Made by a program: the position numbers and the translations under genes
In this document: positions 39,031 through 53,258 of the stretch, piece by piece
How the letters are laid out: every line of letters begins with the position of its first letter
Numbering within the stretch: position 1 is the first letter of the stretch
Source of the DNA: Balanoglossus misakiensis
Taxonomy: Eukaryota; Animalia; Hemichordata
Direction: 5' to 3'
Assembly (NCBI GenBank): GCA_040954595.2
Contig: CM082577.2
Coordinates: 11,937,654-12,001,653, forward strand
Length of the DNA: 64,000 nucleotides
The notes under the pieces: generated by a model
What the model saw: the letters and a program-made list of their open reading frames with translations, nothing else
Databases searched by the model: none
Told to the model about the DNA's origin: nothing

Positions 39031-42000
39031 ATGGAAGTTGCCACGAAAGTAGTGATAGTAGACAAGAAGAAATCGAAACCTAAATTGGGCGATCTCGCCA
39101 AGGGGTTTGCGCTGCGAACGACGTGCCACGGCGTGTCGCGCATCGCCGAGTCGAGCACTCGATTCCGCCGAGCCGTGTGGGCGGCGATCGTCGTCGCTTC
39201 GTTCGTCGGATACAGTGTCCACGTCGGTAGTCTCGCTCACAAGTATTTCCAGTACGACGTGTCGATCAAGTTAGACGTCACCACGGGAGATTCTGTGGCG
39301 TTCCCGGCGGTGACGGTTTGCAATTCCAACAAACTGCGGCTGTCTGAAGTTCGTAAAAGCGCCTATGCGGATTTGGCAGCCATCGACGAAGCAAGCTCTA
39401 TGTTGCCGTATCTAGGTAAGTGCGTGTTAGAGTGTAAGTTAAATCAACGTCGATTGCAGGGTGAGCGGGTCAATGTTGATGTCATTTGCAGCACATTTTA
39501 TTAGTCATTTACACCAAGACCCAAAGGACCAATTATTTCCGTGTGCCGTATGCAGTTTACCAAACGATGTACACACAGGGAGGGATTCAACACGTCACTA
39601 TAGGCCTTCGTTAGATATTTTTAATTCATCAGAAAGATAATTTATCACACATCCCCGAGTTTCGCTTATTACGGTTAATTCAACTCAATGTCGTTTGGAT
39701 GGGATAATTTGTTTTAAAAATTATTAGTTTTTTAATTTTACTTTTCACATGTTAGCGATGCGGACCTTATCACACAAATTCGGACTATCACCGCTAGTTT
39801 CGCTCTCTCGTCGCCCGTCAATAATCGAGTCTTTTTTTAGCAACCGCTGCGATGACCTCTGTCAGATTTGTTGAATTTGTGGTGAGAAAAGTTACATATA
39901 CGTTCCTACGTCTTGGGAGCCTCACTCGAAATTGGAGTTTACCTTTACGATATATCTACACACGCCTGCGATGTTTAGGTCAACATGACAGCTGTGTCGA
40001 TCGGCCTTGGTTTGCGAGTTTGGTGGGCGCTTACGCTTGAAAAATGTCTCTGCATATACAAAATGTCTCTTACTGAACGAATGAAGGTGTGAATGATAAG
40101 CGTTCAGGTTGATAAGGAATCTGCATGTGTAATATAATGAAGCAACTTCAGCACTTAACATAATAACAATATAGGTAAAGATAGTGAGTGATTTCAAAAT
40201 CGTGCTTTGAATGTTTCACTAGAACCCCCGACGCTATTGTTAATTTTTGTTTCTAGTTTAATCAAAGTAGCGACCCTTTAGACTAGAATTTGCATCAATC
40301 AAATGATTTGCAGTCCCTTACGATGTTAAAGAAGAAGAAAAATATTCGCACTAATGCTTGGGCGAGAACCCTCACGAAGCAACATTCGAAATTATTTCTC
40401 TTGCGGCAAATCTATCATCCATTTGCTTATTTGTTTAATTTCGAGTTGTTCCTCAGAGTATGTTCCCCTTGATTGCATCACCGTCATTCTGACTTAGGCC
40501 AAATAAAAATATACACTGTTCCGATTACATGGTTTTCAAAAAATGTAGGTAGGGAATTTTTTTTTATTTTATACTTTTTTCATTTCTCTGGCCGCCGTAG
40601 TGTAGACGAATGACGTCATAGTTTTTGTGTGATGCGCGCGATTTCGCAGTAGTTCTTACGTGATTCGCGCAATTTTCATAAATTTTGTATATTTGACGTC
40701 GTTATTTTAACTTCCAGGTTTACGAAGCTCTAAAAAGTTGAGGGTCGGTGGGTGAAAATTAGGGTAGGTCGGGTAATCGGAACAGTACATATTTTTTTTG
40801 GCCTTATCCATTGCGAATGACGTCATACTAGCCTCTGATGGCACTTTCTAATATACGATGAAATTTATAAATTCAGCAATATAATCACCTTGTAATTTTA
40901 GTTCATGTATTCCTAATATGGTCCTCTGTCAATTATGAAATATTTACAAGATGTAATTTCGCTGTTTCGCAAATAGGAGTAGTAATTGCATGTCATAATC
41001 AACGGCCACTTGTATTATTTCCTTTCTGTCTATGGTCCTTTATCATGTCAGTGAAGTCGGTGCCTGGGGCGCCTAAAATCCTTTGTTATCTTCACTCTCA
41101 ATCCGGCGCCCTAAAGGCAGAGTGAAAAGAAATATTAAACACATTAAAAATTAATTTCAAATTTGACATGGCTGGATACTTCTTGTCCAAAGAACTTCGG
41201 TGCCCTGGGCCTCCCGTTTTTACACGCAGCCGTGAAATGCTTATCAAGTCATTATCCAATTGCGTAAATTATAGATTCTAAAATGTACCTCCCCAGCCGG
41301 AAAAACTTTGAAGGTATGGTAATCGAAAGTAATATAGAGTAGAGTATGAGTTCAAAGTTATCAGTGGCACATTAGGCCCCCCCCCCCAAAAAATAATAAT
41401 AATATGTGCTGTTCCAATTACATGGTTTTCAAAAATAGGGTAGGTAGGTAGGTATGTAGGTAGGTAGGTGGGAAATATTTTTTATTTTGCATTTTTTTAT
41501 ATCTATGGCAGCCGTAGTGTAGAAGAATGACGTCATAGTTCTTGCGTGATTCTCGCAATTTTCATAAATTTTGTATATTTGACATCGTTATTTTTACTTC
41601 CGGTTTACGAAGCTCTAAAAAGTTTAGAGTCGGTGGGCTAAAATTAGGGTAGGTCGGGTAATCGGAACAGCACATATTTATTTTATTTGGCCTTATCACC
41701 AGTTGTCACTTTCATCAACTGTCGCCATCACTTACGGTTCATTTCAACACATAGATGAAATTGAAATAATTGCGCCATATTAGTTATTCCAGCTGCACTG
41801 TCTTGCTTGATCATTTCCCTCTATTCATCTTCTTCAATTTGTTGACACGACATTACTGATGCATCATCAGCTAGTATGTGCACCCCTTTGTTTGCCATAT
41901 GAGGACGACGATGTTTTGAAATTATTGGCTTCTTAAATAGCGTGCGTTACGTATATTACGTCTTTATGGCGTCCAACATTTAACAAAGTTACAATTTTTT

Positions 42001-45000
42001 TATTGCAAACCCAAAAATCCACGTTCTTGTAAAATGTTTTGCGTAATTTACAGTGATGAAAACCTTGATACATACATAAATGCATACATACCTTGATGCG
42101 TACATACATACATACATACATACATACATACATACATACATGCATACATACATACATACATACATACATACATACATACATACATACATACATACATACA
42201 TACATACATACATACATACATACATACATACATACATACATACATACATACATACATACATACATACATACATACATACATACATACATACATACATACA
42301 TACATACATACATACATACATACATACATACGGACGGACGGACGGACGGACAGACGGACAGACAGACAGACAGACATTTGTTTTCATATGTGTGCTGTTA
42401 CAGCCAACAGCCAATAAAAATGGTATATATTCAAACTGAATGTTAAAGATCGGTTTCTTCTGAACTCAATACTGTTACAGGTCCGTGCATGCCTGGTGAT
42501 CGAGCCTGTGACGACGACAATACAATTTGTATCAAACGGTACATGTGGTGCAATGGTATCGTAGACTGTGCTAATGGTGTCGATGAAACAGATTGCAACA
42601 GTGGTACGTATATAGAAGTATAATGTGTGTATCTAGAATAGAAATGAATGCCCTTGAAAATAACAGTCGTATTTTAATAGCAAACGTTATAGTGTCAACG
42701 TTATTTCTTCTATCTTCTACTGCTTGAAATTATATTCCGCCAAAAGTAAGGGAAAATTCACTGCAAACATCTTGCTGTCAAGTTACGGGTCGTCGAGAGA
42801 CCAATAACTCACAACGGGCTGTGCATTCATTAGAGTTCTAAAACGTTTATGATAAACGACAATTAATCGGCAGCAATTTCTTGTTAATTTGGATTGGATT
42901 GGATTATACCGTTGGGACTGTAGAACCTATTTTTGGGATGAAATACATGGATTGCAGTGAGTGGAAGTCAAGTACAGAACTATGAACTAAACGGGCCATC
43001 TTATAGCCGAAAAGTATTTGGGATAACGATTTGCTGTTGTCAGCCAATTATGGTATGCGTGTCTCAAACACCGATGCGCCAGGTCTTGTGCCCAGTTGAG
43101 TCTCTGTTAATGACATGTTCGTCTCTTGGGAAATAAACTGTCGCTTTCCAATGCGTTACTAATAATTAGTGTGATAAATGATACTACATATTTTACTAAA
43201 AATAACCTTTTGACCTCGTGTCATTTTCGGAAGATAATAGCTTAGGTTTAGTCTGTTATTATAGCTGTACCAAATTATAAGGGATATAATCGTATATTGG
43301 AAAACAATATACACATATATATGTAGTATATATATAATCAGATTATATATATATACTATATATAATCTGATTCTGTTGAGACTTTTCGCAATGAGAAAGA
43401 TGACCCCGCTTACTCCGCTGGATTTTCTTCCCGTAGGTGACTGTCGTCTAGACCAATACAAGTGTCACAATAGCAAATGTCTCCCTCTCGAGTTGAAATG
43501 CAACTACAGGGACGACTGTGGCGACAATAGCGACGAGCTCAGTGACGCAAACTGTGACATACGTAAGTTTACTTTAATATTTGCAAAACACGTTCACAAA
43601 AATAGCGTTGCAATGTTTAGAAACGGACCTGCATTATGAGGTTATACATTAGCGGGAAGCATACATTTTTATGCGTGTCGTTAGGAATTGGCATAAATGG
43701 CCGACAAATACATGTATATGACCATTGAACACCGCTGTCCCATCTCATGTGAGATCATCTTAAACTGTATTCCTTTGTGTATTGCTGTAGGTACGTGTGT
43801 CCAGGGAGAATACCAGTGCGTTGATACATTGCAGTGCATTCCACTGTATATGTTGTGTGATGGCCACAAAGACTGTGCGGATGGTACCGATGAACCCGAC
43901 TTCTGCGGAGAAATATTAGGTACTGGATTAATAAACTATCAACATAGGAACAACACATGCTTTGTGTATTGTTAATGCACGCACGCGCATTTGTATGAAC
44001 AGTTGCATGTAGATATCATTTATTAAAACCATGACGTGGACCGCGGACAATTAAGACAACCCATTATTTTTATTTGATTTTCAGCTGGTCATCGAAGGTA
44101 TGATGTCTACTCCGGGACTTATGGTTACGTCGGGCGTAAGTTACCCTCTAAAACATAATATTTGTCAAACATTCTGTAAAATAAAAACTTTCCTAAACAT
44201 CAAATTTCTTCTGTGAAAAAAGGCACTACGTATGAGAGACTCGGCATGGAAATGCTTCACTTTGATGAAACCTAAATAGGTTCATGAATACATCTTAAGG
44301 CGTCCTGCAAAATGATTAAAGCATTGAGTAACAGAGCAGATCATATTAAGACATCAACAACTATTATTGCATGTAATAATGATATAGGCCAACATTTCAA
44401 CGGCATCTTTAAATATCAAGGTGTTTTTTTCAGGGAAGCGTTTGGTGCAAAACCTTGGTTTTCGGAAGTTAAATCCCAATTTAATGCCGAAATGTGTACA
44501 CCTAGGTTACACACACAGTTCTTTCCTAAAAACTTGCAACCCCCACCCCCAAAATACAGTTTGTTTCGGAGAGCCCCAATGTTTTTTTCATCAAGTGCAG
44601 ATCACTTTTCATTTATTTCCAGCGTCATTAAGCTTTAGTTCTTGCCCTGCTGGATCGACGTATATCGAGTGTCTGGCCGGTAGCCAGTGTCTCCCCACAC
44701 TGAATATTTGTGACGGGGTCGCCGACTGCCAGATAGGCCTGGATGAAAGTGACTGTGCAGACCGTGAGTATAGTCTTTTTGCTGTTCCCTTCTTTAAAAA
44801 TATCTCATTCGCCTCAGGCCAATTTTACATATGATTTCAGCTTAGGTCAGTTAACAACTATGGAAATACATGTAATTTTGGTTTTCAAGTTTGGCATAAT
44901 TGAATATTAACCTCACTAAGTTTATATAATTTTCTAAATTTCGAGATTATTTCAAATGCCCTTATGGAAAGTTCAAGTGCAGCAGCGGTCACTGCGTTTC

Positions 45001-45152
45001 TGTTGATAAATTGTGTGATGGTGTAATGGACTGCAATGATGGAATGGACGAGTTGTTGGAGTGTGACGAAGGTGAGAATTTCAACGTTGTTATTATAGAC
45101 TAAACTATACCGACAGACAGACAGACAGACAGACAGATAGACAGACAGATAT

Positions 45153-45199
<47 letters not shown>

Positions 45200-48100
45200 T
45201 ACAGACAGGCTTGCACCCTGAAATTGTTTTGTGAATATATCTCCTCTGACACAGTGCCGGACTTGGATTCAATGTGGCAATGTGACGAGCAAGAACAACA
45301 ATCCATCCCCGAGACTTTAAGATGCAATGGACACCCAAACTGTGACAATGGGGCTGACGAACAAAACTGCCAACACTGTGAGTTTTGTGTGACCAACTGT
45401 TATTTTCCAGTTGATTGCCAACATTACCATCGGATTAGACGATTGATACTGTGGTGTGATTTCTTTGTAATGAGAACACTTTATTAACCCCTTTCTCGTT
45501 TTTTTGTGTTTCAAATTATATCCCTACTGAAAATTACGATGATTAATAATTGACATTAAAGCGAGAAATGCTTCACGCGCACGAATACTCTGAACATTAA
45601 CAATTTTCTTCCCCTTTATCAAGATCATTGTCCGATCGGTATGATCAAGTGTGCGAAATCCCACCTGTGTGTGGCAGCGTCGAAGAAATGCGATGGCTCC
45701 TATGACTGCACCGGTGCCTCTGTAACAGATACAACTGACGAAGAAAATTGTACAAATGGTATGCATTTTATTGTGAATATTTCTGTGCGTGTGTGTTTCT
45801 CGCCGCGGCTGTTAGCTTTGTTTCTTCGGGAAGTTAGATTCACTTTGATTGAGGCATTTGGTGATTACTTCACTGCTTGATCCGTGCAACACATGGAGTC
45901 TGTTATTCTAGTACATAAAGCACGGTTAAAGCGCCATTAGCTGTTACTTTGCGCTATGCTTTCAGTATTTTTGTTTTGTCTAATGTACTGCAGTTTCTTA
46001 TTCCTGAAACGTGATAAAATGCCCAGCATTTAGCTTATCAACACAACATGTATGTTGACAAGCTGTCGACTTGGTATATTTGCATGTTGTTTGGAGTAGA
46101 ACAAGAAACTGCATTTGGCACACACAACAAATACGCTGACAATATAACCAAAAGATACAGCTAATGTCCGTTTAAATGCGAAACAATATCAGCTTGTCAA
46201 ACTGCAGTTGTAGTTGTAAAGAGCACAGTCACTATAAATATGGACGTTTGAATTCACGTCTAGACTTAATTCAATCATCGTCAACAACATTGTAGGTAAT
46301 GTGTACATAATTAGGCTGTGATGGCATATTCAATTCTGCGCACGTCAACGTGTTCCAAGAAGTAGAAAGACAAACAGATTAACTGGGTAAACACACGTAA
46401 TAAATACAGAAAAGGGTTGTGAAATATAACTGTTACTGACTCGTTAGCTGAGAAGGTTCGGGTTTCTTCTTTCACGTGTCAATTGTTTCGCTTAATCAAC
46501 ACTTTAACATTATACTTCAGTTGAATGCCCCGTCGAGAAGTTCCAGTGCGACAACGGACAGTGCATTGACTCCACAAGACGCTGCGACTTCTTTCACAAT
46601 TGTCTGGACGGAAGTGATGAACGCAATTGCACTCAAGGTAATTGTTCCAGACTAATCGTTAAGGTTGGGTTTTCTAGGCTATGTAAACTATACGAAAATG
46701 TCAAGAGTGGAAGAGGGTTCTTTGCAATTCTCCCTACTTTAAATAGGTTTTATCTACCTAGGTGAGTGGTGAAAATCTCATAGGGTCGACACAATTTCAA
46801 GATTGCCGATTGGGAGTTCATAAGCTAAAGTGATACTGGGTCATTCTGAAACTTTGTAACAGAAAAAATAACAAAACGTGAAAAAAGTTGAATGAGTTTA
46901 ATATGCTTACTACAAAGACAGATATATTTAAGGAAGTGCATGAAATACAGTCAAGTTATCATTTCTTCTATCTTTTTAATACAGTGAGTTGTAAACCTTT
47001 TACCCAGAATGCAATTATTATAATGTGATTTTTACCCCCTAACAAGAAGTACAAACCTATTTAAGGCAGCCAGAATTCTACCTACCCGATATTACCTAGA
47101 AACATTTTCGCTTTTTTTTCATTTGCAGGAGATTGCTTCGAGGGTGATCGATTGTGCGGAGTTTCCCAAGAAGGTAAACGTGTCGACTTTTGTCTCCCGC
47201 ATTTTTTCGTGTGTGACGGCAACTTCGATTGTGCAGACGACATGGATGAGGCTACGTGCAAAAATTGTAAGTGCAACTTCTTCGCCGCGGTCTCGCTCCA
47301 TTAGTTGCATGTCTTCATGTTTTGATAACCTCCTATGAAAAGACCGTTGGCCATATATTTTGTGTTAAACCTATCGTCGCTTATGCGGGATGACAATTAT
47401 GGTTCTTCAAGTATACATTCCTTCCTTAACTCGACATTAAAAGTGAAAACAAAACAATTCGGCTCTACAAATTAAGATCACGACACTGGAATTAAATCCA
47501 TAGAATGAACTTACTGCATATACACATTGTCTACAGACACTTGCCCTGATGACATGTTTCAATGTGGCCTGAAGTGTGACCGCATTGAGAAGCGGTGCAA
47601 TTTGGATGTAGACTGTCCTCGATCCACGGACGAAGCTCACTGCCTGGGTCGTAAGTAATCACCTAAATGTACAACTTGACGAAGCATTCCGTGCCTATGA
47701 ATTCGATTGCCAGCAGCACTGTATATTTAATGCCAATTTGAGGCTACAAACAACTTCGTTTTTATCACTTTTTCCCTAAAACGGAGTCCCAGTCCTTAAA
47801 ATGTAATGTTATTTTTTGCAATTCTCAGAAACGTGCCCAGATGGTTTCTTCCGGTGTCTCAGTGGACAGTGCATACGTCGCCATTTGTACTGCGATGAAC
47901 CAACAATATCTGACTGTGCTGATGGCAGTGATGAGCAGTACTGTGATGGTAAGGCACTTACCAATTATAAAGGTCAAAGTCACCACATGTTTCTGTACAG
48001 TTGAGTTAAAGGTACACGGTCACCTCCAATTTACATACGCCCGTATATGGCTAAAATGGAGTATTTCAGTGTTCTAAAGAACAAATGGTGGCGATCCCTT

Positions 48101-50194
48101 TTTCGCGTGTGCCACCTACTAAAAGTCGATGAATGGGCAGATCTCAATTTGCCATGGTAACTGTACCTCAATTTACATGGGTTACCGTATACCTTTAAGT
48201 ATTTCACTTATGCCTGCATGCTAGGTCAAATAGTTATCAGAGGTGTGTTTCGTAGTACATAATATAATTGCAACATTTAACAATGTTGTTATATGTGTCA
48301 TGTAGGTGTCTGTATGCTTAGTCTGCAGGGTATTCTTGATATTTGTTTTCTCACCTTGATCATAGTTTGCATGTTGTTAACTATCTCTTACGATTAAGTA
48401 ACATGCAATCATTGTGCTTAATTAAACGACGGACAGACAACCATCGTTAATTTATGAAGGTGGTCAATCAAAAATGTTGAGGTTTAAGGACGATATTACA
48501 TTGCAGCCACGTGTGAAGATAACCGATTCCAATGTGCAAGTGGATGGTGCGTTGATTCGTCCCTGGTCTGCGATGGCGTCAACGACTGTGGCGATGGTTC
48601 TGATGAAAGAAACTGCAAACGTTAGTAAAGCTAGTCTCGGTTACCCAGACCCCTTTGCTTCTTCTGTTGTGCACTCCAGAAAAGGGGTCTGGGGAAATAC
48701 TATAGACAAATCTCTGGGTAAAGATGGCCGATTCGAGGCAAATGCGATGCATGACGGTTGCAGCCTCAAACATGAAAAAAATCATGCAGAGAAATTCTGG
48801 ACCTGCTGAAACTGTCTACAAATTGAAGGGAGAGAGAAGTTTGGGCTAATATGGTCATATCATAATATTAAATGTCATAAATGTTGGCCATCTTTGCTCC
48901 GAGAGTTTTCTATAGTATTTCCCCAGGCCCTCTTTCTGGAGGTCAACGGAAGAAGCAGAGGAGTCTGGGTAACCGAGACAATAAGTAAAGCTCTTCTGTC
49001 ATCACAGTCAAGTCGCGTCGAGTTTGTACGTTGCGTCCAAGTCTAGTCCTTATACAGCAATTACCTCCAGAGGGATTCAGGTTTGGATGGAAATTGTCGG
49101 GATATATGTATTCTTTATATAATATGTCAAGAATCGTGAATCTATCAGTTAGCAGTATACGGAGTTCAACTCGAGATTGATTTATACGTGAAATTGCTGT
49201 GAATGGTTTTATTATGCAAACAAAAACTAACAAATAATTTTGAAAACAAAAGGTGTTATACAAAACCTTCTTTACATTATAGTGTGCAGCGAAAACGAGT
49301 ATACATGCAAATCGGGATTTGACGGAGATGAACGGATTTTGACGAAATGTCTGCCAAGAAATCGAGTATGCGATCGTTTCAAAGATTGTCATTTTGGAGA
49401 CGACGAAGATAGCTGTGAATACGGTATTGTAATACACTATAACCTATAGTGATTCGGTTTTATCTGTAATAGTATAATAGTTGAAGTAGGATTTCCATTC
49501 ATGGTTTAAAAAGAATATACCACTTACATAGACACTAGTATATGCCTATCACACATTTTGAGCAGTTCCCTTACGTTGCTTGAGGATTTATGTGACGATG
49601 TGGCGCCTTACACAATAAATTGCACGTCCTATTGGCGACTGACGTGTAGGCCCCCTGACAGTTTCCCCCACCCCTACTTCAATCAACTTGCAGACACGTG
49701 TTAAGGTTAATTTGGATTATAGATAAATCTTAACTAAAAATACGTATTCAAACTAGAGATCTTTGCTGCCAATAGACAGTCTCTGAAATAACAACGTAAT
49801 GATATTTTACAAAATGATTTTCATAAAGCCGTGTATGACGTCACTGCTGACCCAAGTTGGTATGCGAAATATGAAGAGATATCCGACGACCAGAATATGT
49901 ACGAAGAGTTCCGAGAAAGTGTATTCGTGAACAGGCCAACGGATTTCATTCCAAACGAGTATCCGCCGTTATGGAACCATTTTCTGGTGTCTAGCAACAC
50001 GCCAGATTTCAGCGACCTCAAAAAGGTTCTGAGGCTGAGTAGAGAAGAAATACGACAGATGGGTCACCAGGCAGAAGATCTGATATTGCAATGCACGTAT
50101 GACCAACGGGAGTGCAGTAGTAGGTACGTAACCAAGGGGTAAATTTGGTCAAAACAGTAAACGTACGATATGTATGAAGGGAAGGTGGTGGTGG

Positions 50195-50258
<64 letters not shown>

Positions 50259-53225
50259 GGTGGTGGTGGTGGTGATGATGATGATGATGAGGAGGAGGAG
50301 GAGGAGGAGGAGGAGGAGGAGAAACCAATGAGATCCAGATGACAAATAATTTGTGTAACTTACTGATTGTTTCAGCCGCGATTTCTATCAGTTCCAAGAT
50401 AGTGTGTATGGCAATTGCTACACATTCAACCACGGACGAAATGGGACAGCACTGCGGAATGCGTCAAATACTGGCTCGGAGTTTGGTGAGTTGGAGGCTT
50501 GCTCGTTGTCATACAGTGCCACTTGATAAACTACTCTCTTTGTTCAATGAAGAAATGCCTATTCTACTCACCGTTTTCTGCCTCTGACACAAACAATCGA
50601 GTTTGTTTATGCTCAGGATTATAATCAAGAATGTACTAGTATTTTGGGATGGGCGTCGGTCCCAATGTAAATCTATCTATGCAGGTCTGAAGCTAACTCT
50701 GTATACCGAACAAGACGAATACGTCGGAGTTTTTGGGCAGGAATCCGGTGTGAGATTTGTTGTCCACGATCCGAAAACCACGCCATTTCCAGACGAAGAA
50801 GGACTAGATGCGAAAACTGGAACAGCTACGTCTGTAATCATCAAAACGGTAAATGACATAAAGAATTTCCTATCTCTGATACCTTACTCCTATTGGGAAG
50901 CGTTATTTTGGTACATGTAGGATTGGCTGTGCAATGGATTCTGAAGCAAATTAACCAGTAAAATGCTCGCAGATGTGATCTGCTCACTGTGTTCAAATAA
51001 AATTCAACAAAGTATGCAGTGCATTGAAAATAGCAAATTTTTGTAGTACTGGATGAACACCAAGGACTAGGTATTTTATGACTAAAAATATAAACGAGGC
51101 GGCTGATTTTCTTGTTGTAAGCTGATTCACTTGAGAAAGGTTACCTTTTGTTTTGAATGGGAGAGAAGCAGTGCCATTCTGTACGCTAACGTCATAATCA
51201 TCTTTTATCAGCGTGGTGAAAAACGAATGCTCCATCCCTATGGTAACTGTACAAACCAAGCCTTCACAGATAACAACGCTTATATGTATTCACTGTTGGT
51301 GAGTATTCTGTAGAAGTCCTACAAGAATCGACTCTTTCTATGCCCATGCCGGGTAGTCACAGTTTACCAATCTTAAAACACTTTGTACAAGTTCGAAAGA
51401 GTAAGTGATACATTTTAGGTGGATGGAAACACGCTGCAAACTGTGGAAACAGCGGCATCGAAAAACCAAATGTGACACAAATGTTAGTTCTATATATTCT
51501 ATGTGTACAGTTGTTGATTACTACGATATTCAGAATACTAGCAACAAATGCCAAACTAGCAACACCGGCTTTCTTTGAGGGGGCCACCGGCTTTCTTTGA
51601 GGGGGCCCGACACGTTATCTCTAAAATTGTAACAACGTCACAATTTAGTAGACAAAGAGGCGCCCCCCCCATCCTAGGCCTATTGCGCAGTTGAAGTACG
51701 TGCGTGTTGAGAGAGACGTGTCGACTCGAACGCTGCTCTAGGAAGCTCGTAGTTACCTTCTTACCGGGACATTTGTACTTGAACGGACTGGGTTCCTCCC
51801 ACTTCAGGTCGGTAGATTCCTGTGAAGCAGTGACGTGAATTTTGCCGTTCATAGTGCCGCGGGTTGCAGTGTATCCCGTCTGTTGAACTTTTTTAGAGAT
51901 TGAGATGAGAATTAGCAGTGTAGGATAGAGACGACGTACCAAACTGCCGTGTTGTATTCTGAATTTGTGTTGAATAAATACGACGGAAGAGTTTGAACGG
52001 CATTGCTGTGTGGACTGATAGTTTTGTGGCAAATTCGGGCGTGCGAGGCCGCCGCTAACCTTGCCGCGATCACCCGGCCGCTTGAGAACTTTCTCGACCT
52101 ACGCACGAACTTGTTGTTTGTGGCAGCAATCGTGACAGGTTACGTTGTTTGAAAAAAACGTTGACGCGTCAATGCGCCCAGCGGCGGACGCCACATGAAT
52201 TTTTCAGATCTGGCTTTTTCAACGTGTTTGTTTGGCGTTCATGATTTAGTATATATCCATGTTCTTGTTCCGCTATTTCCAATTCCGAAAACCCCAAAGT
52301 TTTGACTAGAAAAGGCCTCAGACACCTTCATATGCTGTCCGGCAGCCGGGGTGGGATATCCGACCGCGGTGCAGCTCAAAGTGGCGTGGAGCTGGTAATG
52401 TTGGGAACAGTGCAGCCGGCCGGTGGATCGACGTCTTAGCCTACACTTTCATACCCGCCGGCGTGCGGCAATCGGGAGGAACCCAGTCCGTTCAAGCGCA
52501 AATGTCCCGGTCAGTAGGTAACTACGAGCTTCGTAGAGCAGCGTTCGACACGCTAAACAACTCTCGTCGTCCGTGTTCAAGTCAGTCTCCTACCCCTTTC
52601 TGTTCACGTCTCTCTCTCAACACGCACGTACTTCAACTGCGCAATTGGGATGGGGGGACGCCTCTTTGTCTAGTACATTGTGACGTTGTTACAATTTTAG
52701 AGATAACGCGTTGCTGGCATGAAAGAAATACGATGTTGCCAGTTTGCCGTTTGGTGCTGGTAAAAAGAATTCCGTGGTAACGCTCCGTTGGGAGAATATG
52801 CTTATTTCAGGGGTTTATTTGCTATATCATATTCCACAGGCTTGCCAGATAGACTGCTTGAGACGCGAGATGGCGCAATATTGCGGATGTGTGGATAACC
52901 TGTATAACGATATACCGCAATGTGACGTCTTGAATAAAACACAAGGTAGGCAAATTTCAGTACCTGGGGAAATGGAAGGAAATGTCAAAATTCTACATAC
53001 ATACATACATACATACATACATACATACATACATACATACATACATACATACATACATACATACATACATACATACATGCATGCATGCATGCATGCATGC
53101 ATGCATGCATGCATGCATGCATGCATGCATACATACATACATACATACATACATACATACATACATACATACATACATACATACATACATACATACATAC
53201 ATACATACATACATACATACATACA

Positions 53226-53258
<33 letters not shown>

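Noticed and set aside
41933-42446. MYVC/HTYI repeat ORFs (also 52744-53410 and 60539-61021)
   Set aside because: These are translations of tetranucleotide microsatellites in introns.
42481-49423. A separate LDL-receptor/LRP-like gene inside the channel intron
   Set aside because: No signal peptide, start, stop, EGF, YWTD or TM exon is present. The exons are on the same strand and their phases join seamlessly to the flanking channel exons.
50064-50433. Poly-His/poly-Pro and poly-Ile/Thr ORFs
   Set aside because: Antisense readings of an intronic trinucleotide microsatellite.
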